Positions 48,388 to 58,684 of a stretch of DNA of 64,000 nt are shown piece by piece. The DNA lies in the NCBI GenBank assembly GCA_963788235.1, contig CAWBFV010000004.1, forward strand, positions 1,012,241 through 1,076,240. The letters are read 5' to 3'. Both the position numbers and the translations under genes were made by a program. The notes under the pieces were generated by a model. That model made no database searches, was not told the origin of the DNA, and saw nothing but the letters and a program-made list of their open reading frames with translations. How positions within the stretch are numbered: the first letter of the stretch is position 1; each line of letters opens with the position of its first letter. The DNA is from an uncultured Chloroflexia bacterium (GTDB taxonomy: Bacteria; Chloroflexota; Limnocylindria; Limnocylindrales; CSP1-4).

Positions 48388-50044
48388 GTGGCTGCCCGCA
48401 CAGCCGCCCGGGTCGACCGGCCCAGGCTCGGCGGCGCGCTCCCGCTGGTCGCGATCGTCGGCCGCCCGAACGTCGGCAAGAGCACGCTCTTCAACCGGAT
48501 CATCGGGTCGCGCACCGCGATCGTCGAGGATCGGGCACGCACGACGCGCGATCGGCTGTACGGCGACGCCGAGTGGAACGGCCGTCGGTTCATGCTCATC
48601 GATACCGGCGGGCTCGAGGTCGATACCGACGACCCGATCGAGCTGCGCGTCCAGGAGCAGGCGCGCCTCGCGATCTCCGAGGCCGACGTGATCGTGTTCG
48701 TGGTCGATGCCGCCGTCGGCATGACGCCGGCGGACGAGGAAGCGGCCGAGCTGCTCCGGCGCGCCACGGCCCCGGTGATCGTCGCGGTCAACAAGGCCGA
48801 CAACGAGAAGCGCGAGATCGAGGGCGCCGAGTTCCACGCGATGGGCTGGGACGAGACCTACGCGATCTCGGCGTCGCACGGCCGCGGCACCGGCGACCTG
48901 CTCGACGCGATCGTCTGGGCGCTGCCGCCCGAGACCGAGGAGGAGCTCGCGCGCAAGGCGCGCGAAGACCAGGCGGACGCGTGGGCCGACGAGGTCGCCG
49001 CGGGCCGGCTCGAGCCCTTCGTCGTCGACCAGCCAGAGGCCGATCTCGATGGCGACGGAGGACGGCGACGGCGCGACGGCCGACACAGCGGCCGGCGTCG
49101 ACGCCGAGGCGGCCAAATGGGACGCGGCGATCGCCGCCGAGGCCGACACCCATCCTGCGGCGATCGCGTTCGTCGGGCGGCCGAACGTCGGCAAGTCGAG
49201 CCTGCTGAACGCGCTGCTCGGCGAGGACCGGGCGATCGTCTCCGAGGTGCCCGGTACGACGCGCGACGCCATCGATACGCGCCTCGCGTGGGGCCGCAGC
49301 GAGGTCGTGCTGATCGATACGGCCGGGATCAAGCGTCGTGGCAAGGTCGCCTCGGGAGCGGCCGCCGAGCGCTACGCGACGATGCGCGCGATGACCGCGC
49401 TGTCGCGTGCCGACGTCGCCGTGCTCGTGGTCGATGCGGTCGAGGGCCTGACGTCGCAGGACGCGCACGTCGCGGGCTACGCGATCGAGGAGGGGAAGGG
49501 TCTCGTCGTCGCGGTCAACAAGTGGGACTTGGTCGAGGAGAAGACCGATCGAACGTTCGACCAGTACGTCGAGTGGATCCGCAACGAGGTGCCGTTCCTC
49601 GAGTTCGCCCCGATCGTGTCGATCAGCGCGAAGACCGGGCAGCGCGTCGGCCGGGTGCTCGAGCTCGCGATCGACATCTGGGCCGAACGACGAAAGCGCG
49701 TGCCGACCGCCGAGCTCAATCGCGTGCTCATGACCGCCACCGATCGCACGCCACCGCCGCTCGTGCGCGGTCGGCGGCCAAAGCTGTTCTACGCGACGCA
49801 GGCGGGGATCGCGCCGCCGACGTTCGTGTTCTTCGCCTCTGACGCTGCCGCGGTGCATTTCTCGTACCGGCGCTACCTGGAGAACCGGCTGCGCGAGACG
49901 TTCGGCTTCGATGGCACGCCGATCCGGCTCGTGTTCCGGGATCGCGCATCGGTGAAGCTGCCGCGTCGTCGCGGCACGAGATCGAAGCCGCATGGCGAAG
50001 CCGACTCGCCGCTCGTCGACGCCGCGGACCCGCCGGTCGCGCTG
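48388..50044 (+). CDS. der: ribosome-biogenesis GTPase Der (EngA), with a frame disruption near 49050 in the inter-domain acidic repeat and no stop before gpsA
   Basis: GD1 ([14 protein letters not shown]) in the 48388 frame. GD2 ([14 protein letters not shown]) and the KH domain are in the 49049 frame. The junction lies in GATGGCGACGGAGGACGGCGACGGC. Confidence 0.7.
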
Positions 50045-51064
50045 ATGGGCGACGGTCCGCGCGTCGCGGTCGTCGGCGCGGGCGCCTGGGGCACGACGCT
50101 GGCCGCGCTGCTCGCGCGCAAGGAACCGACCACGCTGCTGGTGCGGGACGCTGGCACGGCCGACGCCATCAACAGCACGCACCGCAACGAGCGCCGGCTG
50201 CCCGGCATCGACCTGCCCGGCGGAGCTCGTCGCGACCGCCGACGCCGCGGCCCTTCGAGACGCCACCGACCTCGTGATCTTCGCGACGCCGTCGACGCAC
50301 CTGCGCTCGACCGTGGAGCGCGTCGCCCCGCTGATCCCGCCGAGCGCGGACGTGCTGTCGGTCGTGAAGGGCCTCGAATCCGGGACGCTGCTGCGGATGA
50401 GCGAGGTGATCGCGGAGGCGGGCGGGATCGACCCGGCGCGCATCGCGGCGCTGTCCGGGCCCGAACCTGGCCGCCGAGATCGCCCGCGGACTGCCCGCAT
50501 CCGCGGTCATCGCCGCCGATGATCCCGAGCTCGCGACGCGCGTGGCCGATCGACTCGGCCGCCGCGAATTCCGGCTCTACGTGAACCGCGACATCGTCGG
50601 CACCGAGCTGTGCGGCGCGCTCAAGAACGTGCTGGCGATCGCCGCCGGCGCAGCGGACGGGCTCGGGTTCGGCGACAACGGCAAGGCCGGGCTGATGACC
50701 CGCGGGCTCGCCGAGATGATGCGGATGGGTGCCGCGGCGGGCGCGAACCCCCTGACGTTCGCCGGTCTTGCCGGGATCGGCGACGTGATCGCGACCTGCG
50801 GGTCGGGACTGTCGCGCAACCATCGACTCGGCGAGGAGCTCGCCAAGGGTCGATCCGTGGGCCGACATCGAGTCGACGCTGCCCGGCACCGCCGAGGGCG
50901 CGTACACCGTCGACGCCGCGCTCGCGCTGGCCGATCGACTGGGCGTCGAGATGCCGATCGCCCGCGAAGTGCACAACGCGCTGTTCGAGGGCAAGAGCGT
51001 CCAGCGCTGCCTGATCGACCTGTTGTCGCGCGAATCGAAGGACGAGCTGGGCGCCCTCGGCTAG
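50045..51064 (+). CDS. gpsA: NAD(P)H-dependent glycerol-3-phosphate dehydrogenase, spread over 3-4 frames (disruptions near 50225, 50465 and 50850)
   Basis: [36 protein letters not shown] and the C-terminal EVHNALFEG motifs are all present but in different frames. Confidence 0.65.
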
Positions 51065-51115
51065 GTCGTCCGCGGTCGGGATGGGGGAGGGCCCGTGCTA
51101 GACTGCGGGCGCTCT

Positions 51116-51192
51116 CGGGGCGTGGCGCAGTCTGGTAGCGCACCAGTCTGGGGGACTGGTGGTCGTGGGTTCAAATCCCGCCGCCCCGACCA
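51116..51192 (+). tRNA. tRNA-Pro (anticodon GGG)
   Basis: Manual fold: acceptor CGGGGCG/CGCCCCG with C1-G72 and A73 (bacterial tRNA-Pro identity), D-stem GCGC/GCGC, anticodon stem CCAGU/ACUGG, loop CUGGGGG, T-arm GTGGG-TTCAAAT-CCCGC, encoded CCA. Confidence 0.8.
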
Positions 51193-51206
51193 GAAATCAT
51201 GCACAG

Positions 51207-51235
51207 AACCGGCCTTCGGGCCGGTTCTTTTCTTG
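51207..51235 (+). terminator. rho-independent terminator after the tRNA
   Basis: CCGGCC-TTCG-GGCCGG hairpin followed by TTCTTTTCTT. Confidence 0.7.
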
Positions 51236-51305
51236 CCGATAGCAACAAGGCGTGGAGTACCTCCCGCCGATTGCGCATCAGCCGCGCAACGCTAGAGTCA
51301 GACGC

Positions 51306-51695
51306 ATGAGCCAGCCAGAGTCCGGCGCCTCATTGTGGACTTCGCCTTCCGAGGCACGGCCGGGGTCGGGACGGCGGCGGCTGCTCGGCTGCGCGCTACT
51401 CGTCGTCATCGTCGTCGTCGCGATTGGATTCCTCGCGTCGCGGCTGCTCGGGACCGGCTTTGCCGTCATGGCCGCGAGCAGCGGGGACATCGAAAGCTTC
51501 CGCGCCTTCTCCAACGGGGCGGAAACAACCGTGACCTTCCAAGCTTCGCGCGGCATCGACGTGCCGGACGGGCCCAGGCTCGCTTGCGACGTCGTCCGGC
51601 CAGCGCTGGTTGGGACGGACTGGGCGCTTGCCAGATGGACGATCGTGAATCGGGCTGGCGACACGATCGCCTCGAACGAGACGCCCTGCGGCTGA
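51306..51695 (+). CDS. hypothetical membrane-anchored protein
   Basis: One N-terminal TM helix (LLGCALLVVIVVVAIGFLASRLLG). No known domain. Confidence 0.35.
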   Translation: MSQPESGASLWTSPSEARPGSGRRRLLGCALLVVIVVVAIGFLASRLLGTGFAVMAASSGDIESFRAFSNGAETTVTFQASRGIDVPDGPRLACDVVRPALVGTDWALARWTIVNRAGDTIASNETPCG

Positions 51696-52151
51696 ACTAA
51701 CGAAAAACGGAAGCGCTTCGGGTCGATCTGCCGCTAGGTATGCGTCGGACTACCTATTGCGGGTCCAGGTGTCCTCGCGCCTATGGTCAGCGCATGAGTG
51801 CGAAGGATGTCCGGCGCTTGATGCGTCGTGAACTCGATGCCGCGACCCGTCGGGCCGCCGAGCGAGACGAGCGCCGGGCACTCTCGACCCTCGCCCTGCT
51901 CCTGGCGCGAGGCTGGTCGCCGGATTAGCCCTATGCGCACCACCGAGCGGCGAGACGCTCGGAACGATGGCGAACGCAGCCTCGTCGCCCACGCGGGCGA
52001 CCCAGAACGTGACTACGCCGGGCGTTCGACGATCGCAGCGTCGTGCCAACTGGCTAGGGGATTGCCCCTATTCCCAAAGGTTCGCGGTCGCGGCTAGCGT
52101 GCGTGGAGCCTGGCCCCAGTACTGGCAATCCCGCCAATAGAGGTGTGCAGG

Positions 52152-52712
52152 ATGAGATCCAGATGGGCAGTTGCGGCCGCCATTACGTTGCTGCTGTCCC
52201 TACCCCTGGCAGTTGCGTCTCAGGCGCTCGGGGAGAACGCGCCCGAAGTCGTCGTTCACGTGGTGCTGGGCATCGGGATGCTGCTCTTCGTCAAGGCAGT
52301 CTTTGACTTCGGGTTACCGGGTTGGATCAACGTGATCGGGGCCGTATCCGCGGGCTTGTTTGCCGTGGTCTTTCTCCTGCAGGCGCTCAGCCGCCTCTTC
52401 CCGGAGAACGCCGCCCTGTACGACGTCGCCTTCGGGTTGCTCGGAAATTGGCCCGAGCGTGTACTCGTCCTGGGGATCGACGTCTGGTTCCTGGGTCTCC
52501 TACTGCTGGGCACCCAAGGGAGGACACGGCTCATCGGCTGGGCCCTCATTCCGATCTTTACGGCGTACCACGTGATCAGCCTGGCTGGCGCGCTCCTCGC
52601 AATCAGTGTCCCGAATCTCGGGGCGTTCGCCCTCCTGATCCCGTTCGTATGGCTCCTGATCGAGGGGGCGAAACGAGGCGAGCAAGGTGCCTTGGGCCGC
52701 GCGGCTGCGTGA
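52152..52712 (+). CDS. hypothetical polytopic membrane protein
   Basis: About 187 aa with 5-6 hydrophobic helices. No recognised family. Confidence 0.4.
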   Translation: MRSRWAVAAAITLLLSLPLAVASQALGENAPEVVVHVVLGIGMLLFVKAVFDFGLPGWINVIGAVSAGLFAVVFLLQALSRLFPENAALYDVAFGLLGNWPERVLVLGIDVWFLGLLLLGTQGRTRLIGWALIPIFTAYHVISLAGALLAISVPNLGAFALLIPFVWLLIEGAKRGEQGALGRAAA

Positions 52713-52872
52713 CATCAGTGCAGCTGAGCCAGCTTTTCTCCCCAATGATGCTGATCGTGCGCGAAGGTACGTGACGGTCTTCGCAATACGTGACGGTCAT
52801 AGCAAGACGTCGCGACCGACCGACTGGTCTAGGATGGCGATGTTCCGTCACCACTCCGGGGGGAGGATGGCC

Positions 52873-53544
52873 ATGCGTGCACATATCGGCGTGACGTCGA
52901 TCGGTCTCGTGGTAGCAGTCGTCGCGGCCAGCACCATGACCGCACTCGGCGCGTCACCCACGGCTGTCTGGCACATGGACGAGACGTCCGGGTCCGTTGC
53001 CAGGGACAGCACCGGCCACGGCTACGACGGCGCGATGCAGAGCATCAAGCGCGGCGTGCCCGGCGTCAGCGGGACAGGCTTCGAATTCAACGGGACCTCG
53101 TCCCGGATCATCGTCAACGACGCACCCGGGCTTCGAGCGGGTGACAAGGACCTCGTGGTGACCGTGAACGTCTCGTTCACCAAGCGACCGAGCGGCGACT
53201 ACGACCTCATCCGCAAGGGTCTCAGCTCATCGAGCGGCGGTGACTGGAAGATCGAGATCATGCCGACGAGTGTCGGCTCGCAGGCCTACTGCTACTGGAA
53301 GGGGTCGATCGCGTCGAAGAGCAAGACGGCTGGCCCCGACCTCGCCGACGGCCGTTACCACAAGATCACCTGCGAAAAGCATGCGACCACCGTTGCCCTG
53401 GTCGTCGACGGCCATCGCTACAGCTCGACGAAGACGGTCGGGCGGATCGACAACACGGCGCAACTCTCGATCGGTGCCAAGGCCGGCAGCGGCGGCGACT
53501 GGTACAAGGGCCGGATGGACGAGGTGAGCGTCACGATCGGCTGA
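52873..53544 (+). CDS. secreted LamG/concanavalin-A-like lectin-fold protein
   Basis: Signal peptide, then DGRYHKITCEKHATTVALVVDGHRYSS...QLSIGAKAGSGGDWYKGRMDEVSV, a typical Laminin_G_3 C-terminal strand pattern. A GGGAGG SD lies 6 nt upstream. Confidence 0.5.
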   Translation: MRAHIGVTSIGLVVAVVAASTMTALGASPTAVWHMDETSGSVARDSTGHGYDGAMQSIKRGVPGVSGTGFEFNGTSSRIIVNDAPGLRAGDKDLVVTVNVSFTKRPSGDYDLIRKGLSSSSGGDWKIEIMPTSVGSQAYCYWKGSIASKSKTAGPDLADGRYHKITCEKHATTVALVVDGHRYSSTKTVGRIDNTAQLSIGAKAGSGGDWYKGRMDEVSVTIG

Positions 53545-53661
53545 TGGATCGCGGCGCCGGCGAGGCCACGGCTCCACGAGCGCACCCGTAGACTCGGATC
53601 GGCGAACCGGCCGTGCCCAACGCGCAGGGGGACCCGTGACCACCTACGACGCGCTCATCCG

Positions 53662-54405
53662 ATGACGAATCCCAGGTACGCGTCGAGCAGCCTGCTCCCG
53701 TCCGGGCTGGTCTTCTCGGACACCCCTTCGCGCCTCGTCGCGTTCCTCCTTGACGGCTTGGTACTCGGCCCAGCGAATGGCGTGATCTTCGCGTTGCTTG
53801 GCTTCGACTACTCGAGGTTCGGTCCGGGCGTATTGCCGGATCGAAACGTCTGGGTGGCGAGCACGGTCATCGCATTCGCGATCAATGCTGCCTATTTCGT
53901 GTGGTTCTGGAGCGGTGGCCGTCGGGCCACGCCTGGGCAGCGCGTGCTTGGGATCCAGGTCGCGAACGCGTTCGATGGCCAATCGCTGACGGCTGCCCAA
54001 GCCTTCAATCGATACCTTGGCATGGGGCAATGGCTGGGACTTTTCAGCGTGCTGCCATACCTCTCGATCGCCCTACTTACTGTTGTCGCTAGCTTCGCGT
54101 GGTACATCGTGCTGACGATCTCGGCCGTGATCAGCCCGACCAAGCAGGGCCTGCACGATCGATATGCCGGATCGGCTGTGGTCCGGCCCGCGGGGGCTGG
54201 CAACCGGTGGGCCTTGGGATGTCTCGGTCTGCTGGTTCTCTTGACGGTGTTCTACGTTCTGATCATCGCTGTCGCGCTCACGTCGACGCCGCCCGTCCAT
54301 TCGGAACGACTCATTCTTCGAGTACATGCAGCAGACGTTCCGCTGGTTCTGGCCGCAGTAGGCTCGCCTAAGATGGGTGGCACCACGGGGAGTGGAGGAC
54401 GATGA
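53662..54405 (+). CDS. RDD-family membrane protein (paralog 1)
   Basis: RLVAFLLDGLV...GQRVLGIQV...KQGLHDRYAGSAVV, with the conserved R-D-D and three TM helices. Confidence 0.6.
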   Translation: MTNPRYASSSLLPSGLVFSDTPSRLVAFLLDGLVLGPANGVIFALLGFDYSRFGPGVLPDRNVWVASTVIAFAINAAYFVWFWSGGRRATPGQRVLGIQVANAFDGQSLTAAQAFNRYLGMGQWLGLFSVLPYLSIALLTVVASFAWYIVLTISAVISPTKQGLHDRYAGSAVVRPAGAGNRWALGCLGLLVLLTVFYVLIIAVALTSTPPVHSERLILRVHAADVPLVLAAVGSPKMGGTTGSGGR

Positions 54406-55518
54406 CCCAGCCACCGGACGATCGGTTGCCGCCGCCCAGCGATCCCGATCCGTCATCTGACGCTGCCCAGCCGCCCTCGAGCGAGCCCGATGGCGTCCGG
54501 CGACGAGGCGATCGCTCCGGAGAACGCGCCGACCGTCGCCTGGTCGCCGCCCGAGACCGAAACGACGCCCGACTCGATGCCGGAGCGCCGGGCCCGCCAG
54601 CGCCGAGCCGCCCGACGCCGAGCAACACCTGCACGCCGCGAGCCCGATCATCAGCGCCGACGCTCGCGCCACCCAGCGCCTGGCTGGCAGGTGCCGGGCG
54701 CACCACCCCCGCTTCCACCGCAAGTCGGTGGTGGCTGGCAGGCTCCGGGCTCCCGACCGGACCGGCGAGCAGCGGCGGCTGGCAGGTGCCATACTCCGGG
54801 GGGGCCGTAGTCGTCGGCCGACCCGGTTACGTCATCTCCAGCCTCGGCGGGCGGTTCGTCGCGTGGTTGATCGATGAGTTGCTCTCGGCTCTTGTCCCCG
54901 GGATCTTGTTCTTCTACGTCTTCGACTGGCAAAGCTTCTTTCGCCAGATGATCGACCAGATGCAGTTCGATGCGAACGGCAACCTGATCCCGAACTACGG
55001 CGCGACGTACACGATCCCGTTCTCCACCGACCTCGTCCTCGTCACGCTGATCGGTCTCGGGCGTCCAGTTCATCTACTTCGTCGGGTTCTGGACGAGCCG
55101 CTGGCAGGCCACGCCCGGCCAGATCGGTCTGAAGATCCGGGTCGTCGACGCCAACACCGGCGGGACGCTCTACGTGGTGCAGGCGTCCAAACGGTTCATC
55201 GCGCTGGGGTACCCGCTGTCGCTCCTCGTCGTCGTCCCCGTACTGCAGAGCGCGGCGAGCCTTGCCCAGTTCGCGCTGACCGTCTTCCTCTTCTTCTCCA
55301 CCGTCACCAATGAGCGCAGGCAGGGTCTCCACGACAAGTTCGCGAACTCCCTGGTGATCCGATCGGTCACCAGCGGGAGCGGGGCGACGATCGTCGGCTG
55401 CCTCGTGTACGGGGTGATGATCATCCTCATCGGCATCGTCGCCAGCATCGCATTCTTCTCCATGATGTCGCCGTTCTTTGTCGAGATCTTCGACCGCTTC
55501 CCAAGGAGTGCCACATGA
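54402..55518 (+). CDS. RDD-family membrane protein (paralog 2) with a Pro/Ser-rich N-terminus; frame disruption near 55063 (GGG vs GG)
   Basis: RFVAWLIDELL...ATPGQIGLKIRVVD...RQGLHDKFANSLVI, split between the 54402 and 55174 frames. Confidence 0.55.
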
Positions 55519-56530
55519 CGGACCAGGAACGTCCACCCGAGCCAGGCGGCGAGCCCGATGGCGAGCCCACTCCCGAGCCCGAGCAACCGACCGTCGGTTG
55601 GACCGTGCCGACCCAGCCCGGCGATCCACCGATCCCGCCCGGAGCGGTCCCGCCGGTGCCACCCACCGCAGGCGTGCCGCCCCCTCCGCCGATCGACCCG
55701 CCGCTGCCCGCGGCCGGGAGCGGCTGGTCGGACCCGACCCCGCCCGCATCGCCCGCGCCACCGGTACCCGCCGGAGGTGAGTGGTCGCAGCCGGCGTCCG
55801 CTCCCGGCGCTTCGGGGCCGCTGCTCTCGGCGACCCCGTCGGCACCATCTCCCGGGGGCTGGACCTCCCAGCCGACCTCGGGTCAGCGCGAGGTTGCACC
55901 TGGCCTCGTCTTCTCGAGCACCGTCTCTCGTCTGGCGGCATACATCGTCGACGGAGTGCTGCTGGCGATCGTCGCAGGCATCGTCACGAGTCCGCTCAAC
56001 CCGCCGCAACCGATCACGTCGACTGGGCAGATCAACGTCACGACGGGCACGCTCGCTGGGGACGCTCATCTCGCTCGCGATCAATGCCGCGTACTTCATC
56101 GCGTTCTGGTCCGGCGGACGCCGCGCGACCCTCGGCCAGATGCTCTTCAAGATCCAGGTCGGCAACGCGTTCGACGGCAAGCCGCTATCGACGAATCAAG
56201 CCGTCGAAGCGGTGGCTCGGGCTTGGACAGTTCCTCAACGTATTCGCGTTCTCCACGGCCACGGTCGCAGCCGCCGGAACGCTGTCGGCGATCTGGTCGC
56301 TGATCCTGCTGATCACGACGGCGACGAGCCCGACCAAGCAGGGTCTCCACGACCGATTCGCCAACAGCGCGCTCGTTCGTCCGTCGACCGCGGGCGACGG
56401 TCTGGCGTGGACCTGCCTGATCGTCCTCTTGATCCTTCCGATCGTGATCGCGCTGATCGCGATCGTCGCGTTGATCGGCCTCGGAGGCCAGGTGAGCTCG
56501 ATCCTCTCGGCCGTCGGGGAATCCGTCTGA
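55515..56530 (+). CDS. RDD-family membrane protein (paralog 3) with a 100-aa Pro-rich N-terminus; about 2 frame disruptions
   Basis: An AAGGAG SD lies 6 nt upstream. RLAAYIVDGVLLAI...ATLGQMLFKIQV...KQGLHDRFANSALV is spread over three frames. Confidence 0.55.
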
Positions 56531-56534
56531 CGCG

Positions 56535-58006
56535 GTGACCCAGGAACCCAGCGATCGCGGTGGGGCCGATGGCCTGACCGACATGGACGTGGCGGCCTTC
56601 CGCGCCGCCGCGCACCAGGTCGTCGACCGCATGGCCGACTACCTGGCCGACGTCGAAGCCTGGCCGGTGTTCCCCGACGTCGAGCCAGGCTCGATCCGGC
56701 CGCTGTTCCCGGCGAGTCCGCCCGAGCTCCCGGAGCCGTTCGACGCGATCCTCGACGACGTCGATCGCCTCGTCGTGCCCAACGCCACGCACTGGCAGCA
56801 CCCGGGCTTCCTGGCGTACTTCGCGACGACGGCGTCTGGCCCGGGGATCCTCGGGGAGATGCTGACGGCCGCGTTGGGCCAGAACGCGATGCTGTGGCGG
56901 ACGTCGCCGATCGGCACCGAGCTCGAGGAGGTCGTGGTCGATTGGCTCCGCCAGGCGCTCGGTCTGCCCGAGGGCTTCGACGGGCTGCTCACCGACACCG
57001 CGTCGACCTCGTCGCTCATCGCGATCGCCGCCGCACGGGAGGCGGCAGGCGGTGAGATCGCGTCACGCGGGCTTGCCGGCCGCGACGACCTGCCGGCGCT
57101 TCGCGTGTACGCGTCCGAGGAGGCCCACAGCTCGATCGAGAAGGCCTGCATGACGCTTGGGCTCGGCCGCGAGATCGCTCGTCCGGATCCCGACCGATTC
57201 GGCCTTCGCGATGCGACCCGATGCCCTCCAGGCGGCGATCGCCGCGGATCGTGGCGCGGGCCGACGGCCGATCGCGATCGTCGCGACGCTCGGCACCACA
57301 TCGTCGACGGCGGTCGATCCCGTCGAACAGATCGCCGAGATCGCCGAGCGTGAGGGTCTCTGGCTGCACGTCGACGCCGCGTACGCCGGGGCCGTGGCGA
57401 TCATCCCCGAGCGCAGGGCCGCGTTCGATGGCTGGGAGCGCGCCGATTCGATCGTCGTGAACCCGCACAAGTGGCTGTTCACGCCGCTCGACGCGTCGCT
57501 GCTGCTGACGCGCCGGATGCCGGTGCTCCGCGCCGCGTTCAGCCTGGTGCCGGAATACCTGCGGACGCTGGATCGTGACTCGCCGGTACGCGACTACAAC
57601 GAGTACCAGCCGCAGCTCGGGCGCCGGTTCCGTGCGCTCAAGCTGTGGATGCAGCTGCGCTGGTTCGGCCTGGATGGCCTTCGCCGGCGGATCGAGGCGC
57701 ACATCGAGCTCGCGCAGGCGTTCGCCGCGTGGGTCGACGCCGATCCCCACTGGGTGCGCGTCGCGCCGGTGCCGTTCTCGACGGTCTGCTTCCGCTGGGA
57801 CCCGGGCCGGCGGCGATCGCGACGACGAGCTCGACGAGCGCAACGCGGCGATCATGGACAGGGTCAATCGGACCGGTGAGGTGTTCCTCTCGCACACGCG
57901 GCTGCGCGGTCGGTTCGTGATCCGCCTGTCGATCGGCAACATCCGGACGCAGCGGCGCCACGTCGAGCGGGCCTGGGAGCTGCTGCGCGAGGCCGCCGGC
58001 GAGTGA
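56535..58006 (+). CDS. PLP-dependent group II (aromatic-L-amino-acid-like) decarboxylase; about 2 frame disruptions
   Basis: HPGFLAYFATTAS, DSIVVNPHKWLFTPLDAS (PLP-Lys) and the C-terminal domain lie in three frames. Confidence 0.6.
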
Positions 58007-58630
58007 GCCCGGTCACGCGACCGACGGACGTTCGGTTCTTCGACTCGGCGGCCGAACTGCGCGACTGGTTCGATGCGAACGCCGGATACCGCCGACGGCC
58101 TGTGGCTCGGCCACCATCGAACGTCAATGGGTGTGCCGGGCCCGTCCGTGATGGAGGCGATCGAGGAGGGGCTGTGTGTCGGCTGGGTCGACAGCACCGT
58201 CTACCGGATCGACGACGCCACCTATGCGCGGCGGTTCACGCCGCGCCGCCCGGGCAGCATCTGGAGCGCCCGGAACGTCGCGATCGCCGAGCGGCTGATC
58301 GCCGAGGGCCGGATGCGACCGGCCGGTCTCGCGGCCTTCGAAGCGCGAACACCCGAACGGACGGCCATCTACTCCTACGAGCGGGCCGCGGCGGCCTTGA
58401 CCGATGCAGAGACCGCGCGATTTCGGGCCAACGACGCTGCCTGGGCCGACTGGGGGCGCCGTTCGCCGTCATACCGGCGGACCGTCACGTTCTGGGTCTC
58501 GAGCGCGAAGCGCCCCGAAACGCGGGCCAGACGGCTCGAGGCGCTGATCGCGGATTCCGCGGCTGGGCAGCTCGTGGCACCCTTCCGGTCGCTTCGTCGC
58601 GGAGGGAGCCGGCGCAACCCGCAGACATGA
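58003..58630 (+). CDS. YdeI/OmpD-associated family protein; frame disruption near 58085
   Basis: FFDSAAELRDWFDANAG, then after a shift LWLGHHRTSMGVPGPSVMEAIEEGLCVGWVDS...RRFTPRRPGSIWSARNVA. Confidence 0.5.
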
Positions 58631-58684
58631 GAAGAGCGCCGCCCCGGAGGGACGGCGCTCGCTGGTGTCCGCGATGGCTGTTGG

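Noticed and set aside
52045-52070. TAGGGGATTGCCCCTA hairpin as a terminator
   Set aside because: It has a stable stem but no downstream T-run and lies between two same-strand hypothetical genes. Evidence is insufficient to call a terminator.
51200-53600. Integrative element at the tRNA-Pro 3' end
   Set aside because: No integrase, excisionase or duplicated tRNA 3' segment was detectable in the window. It is kept only as a low-interest observation.
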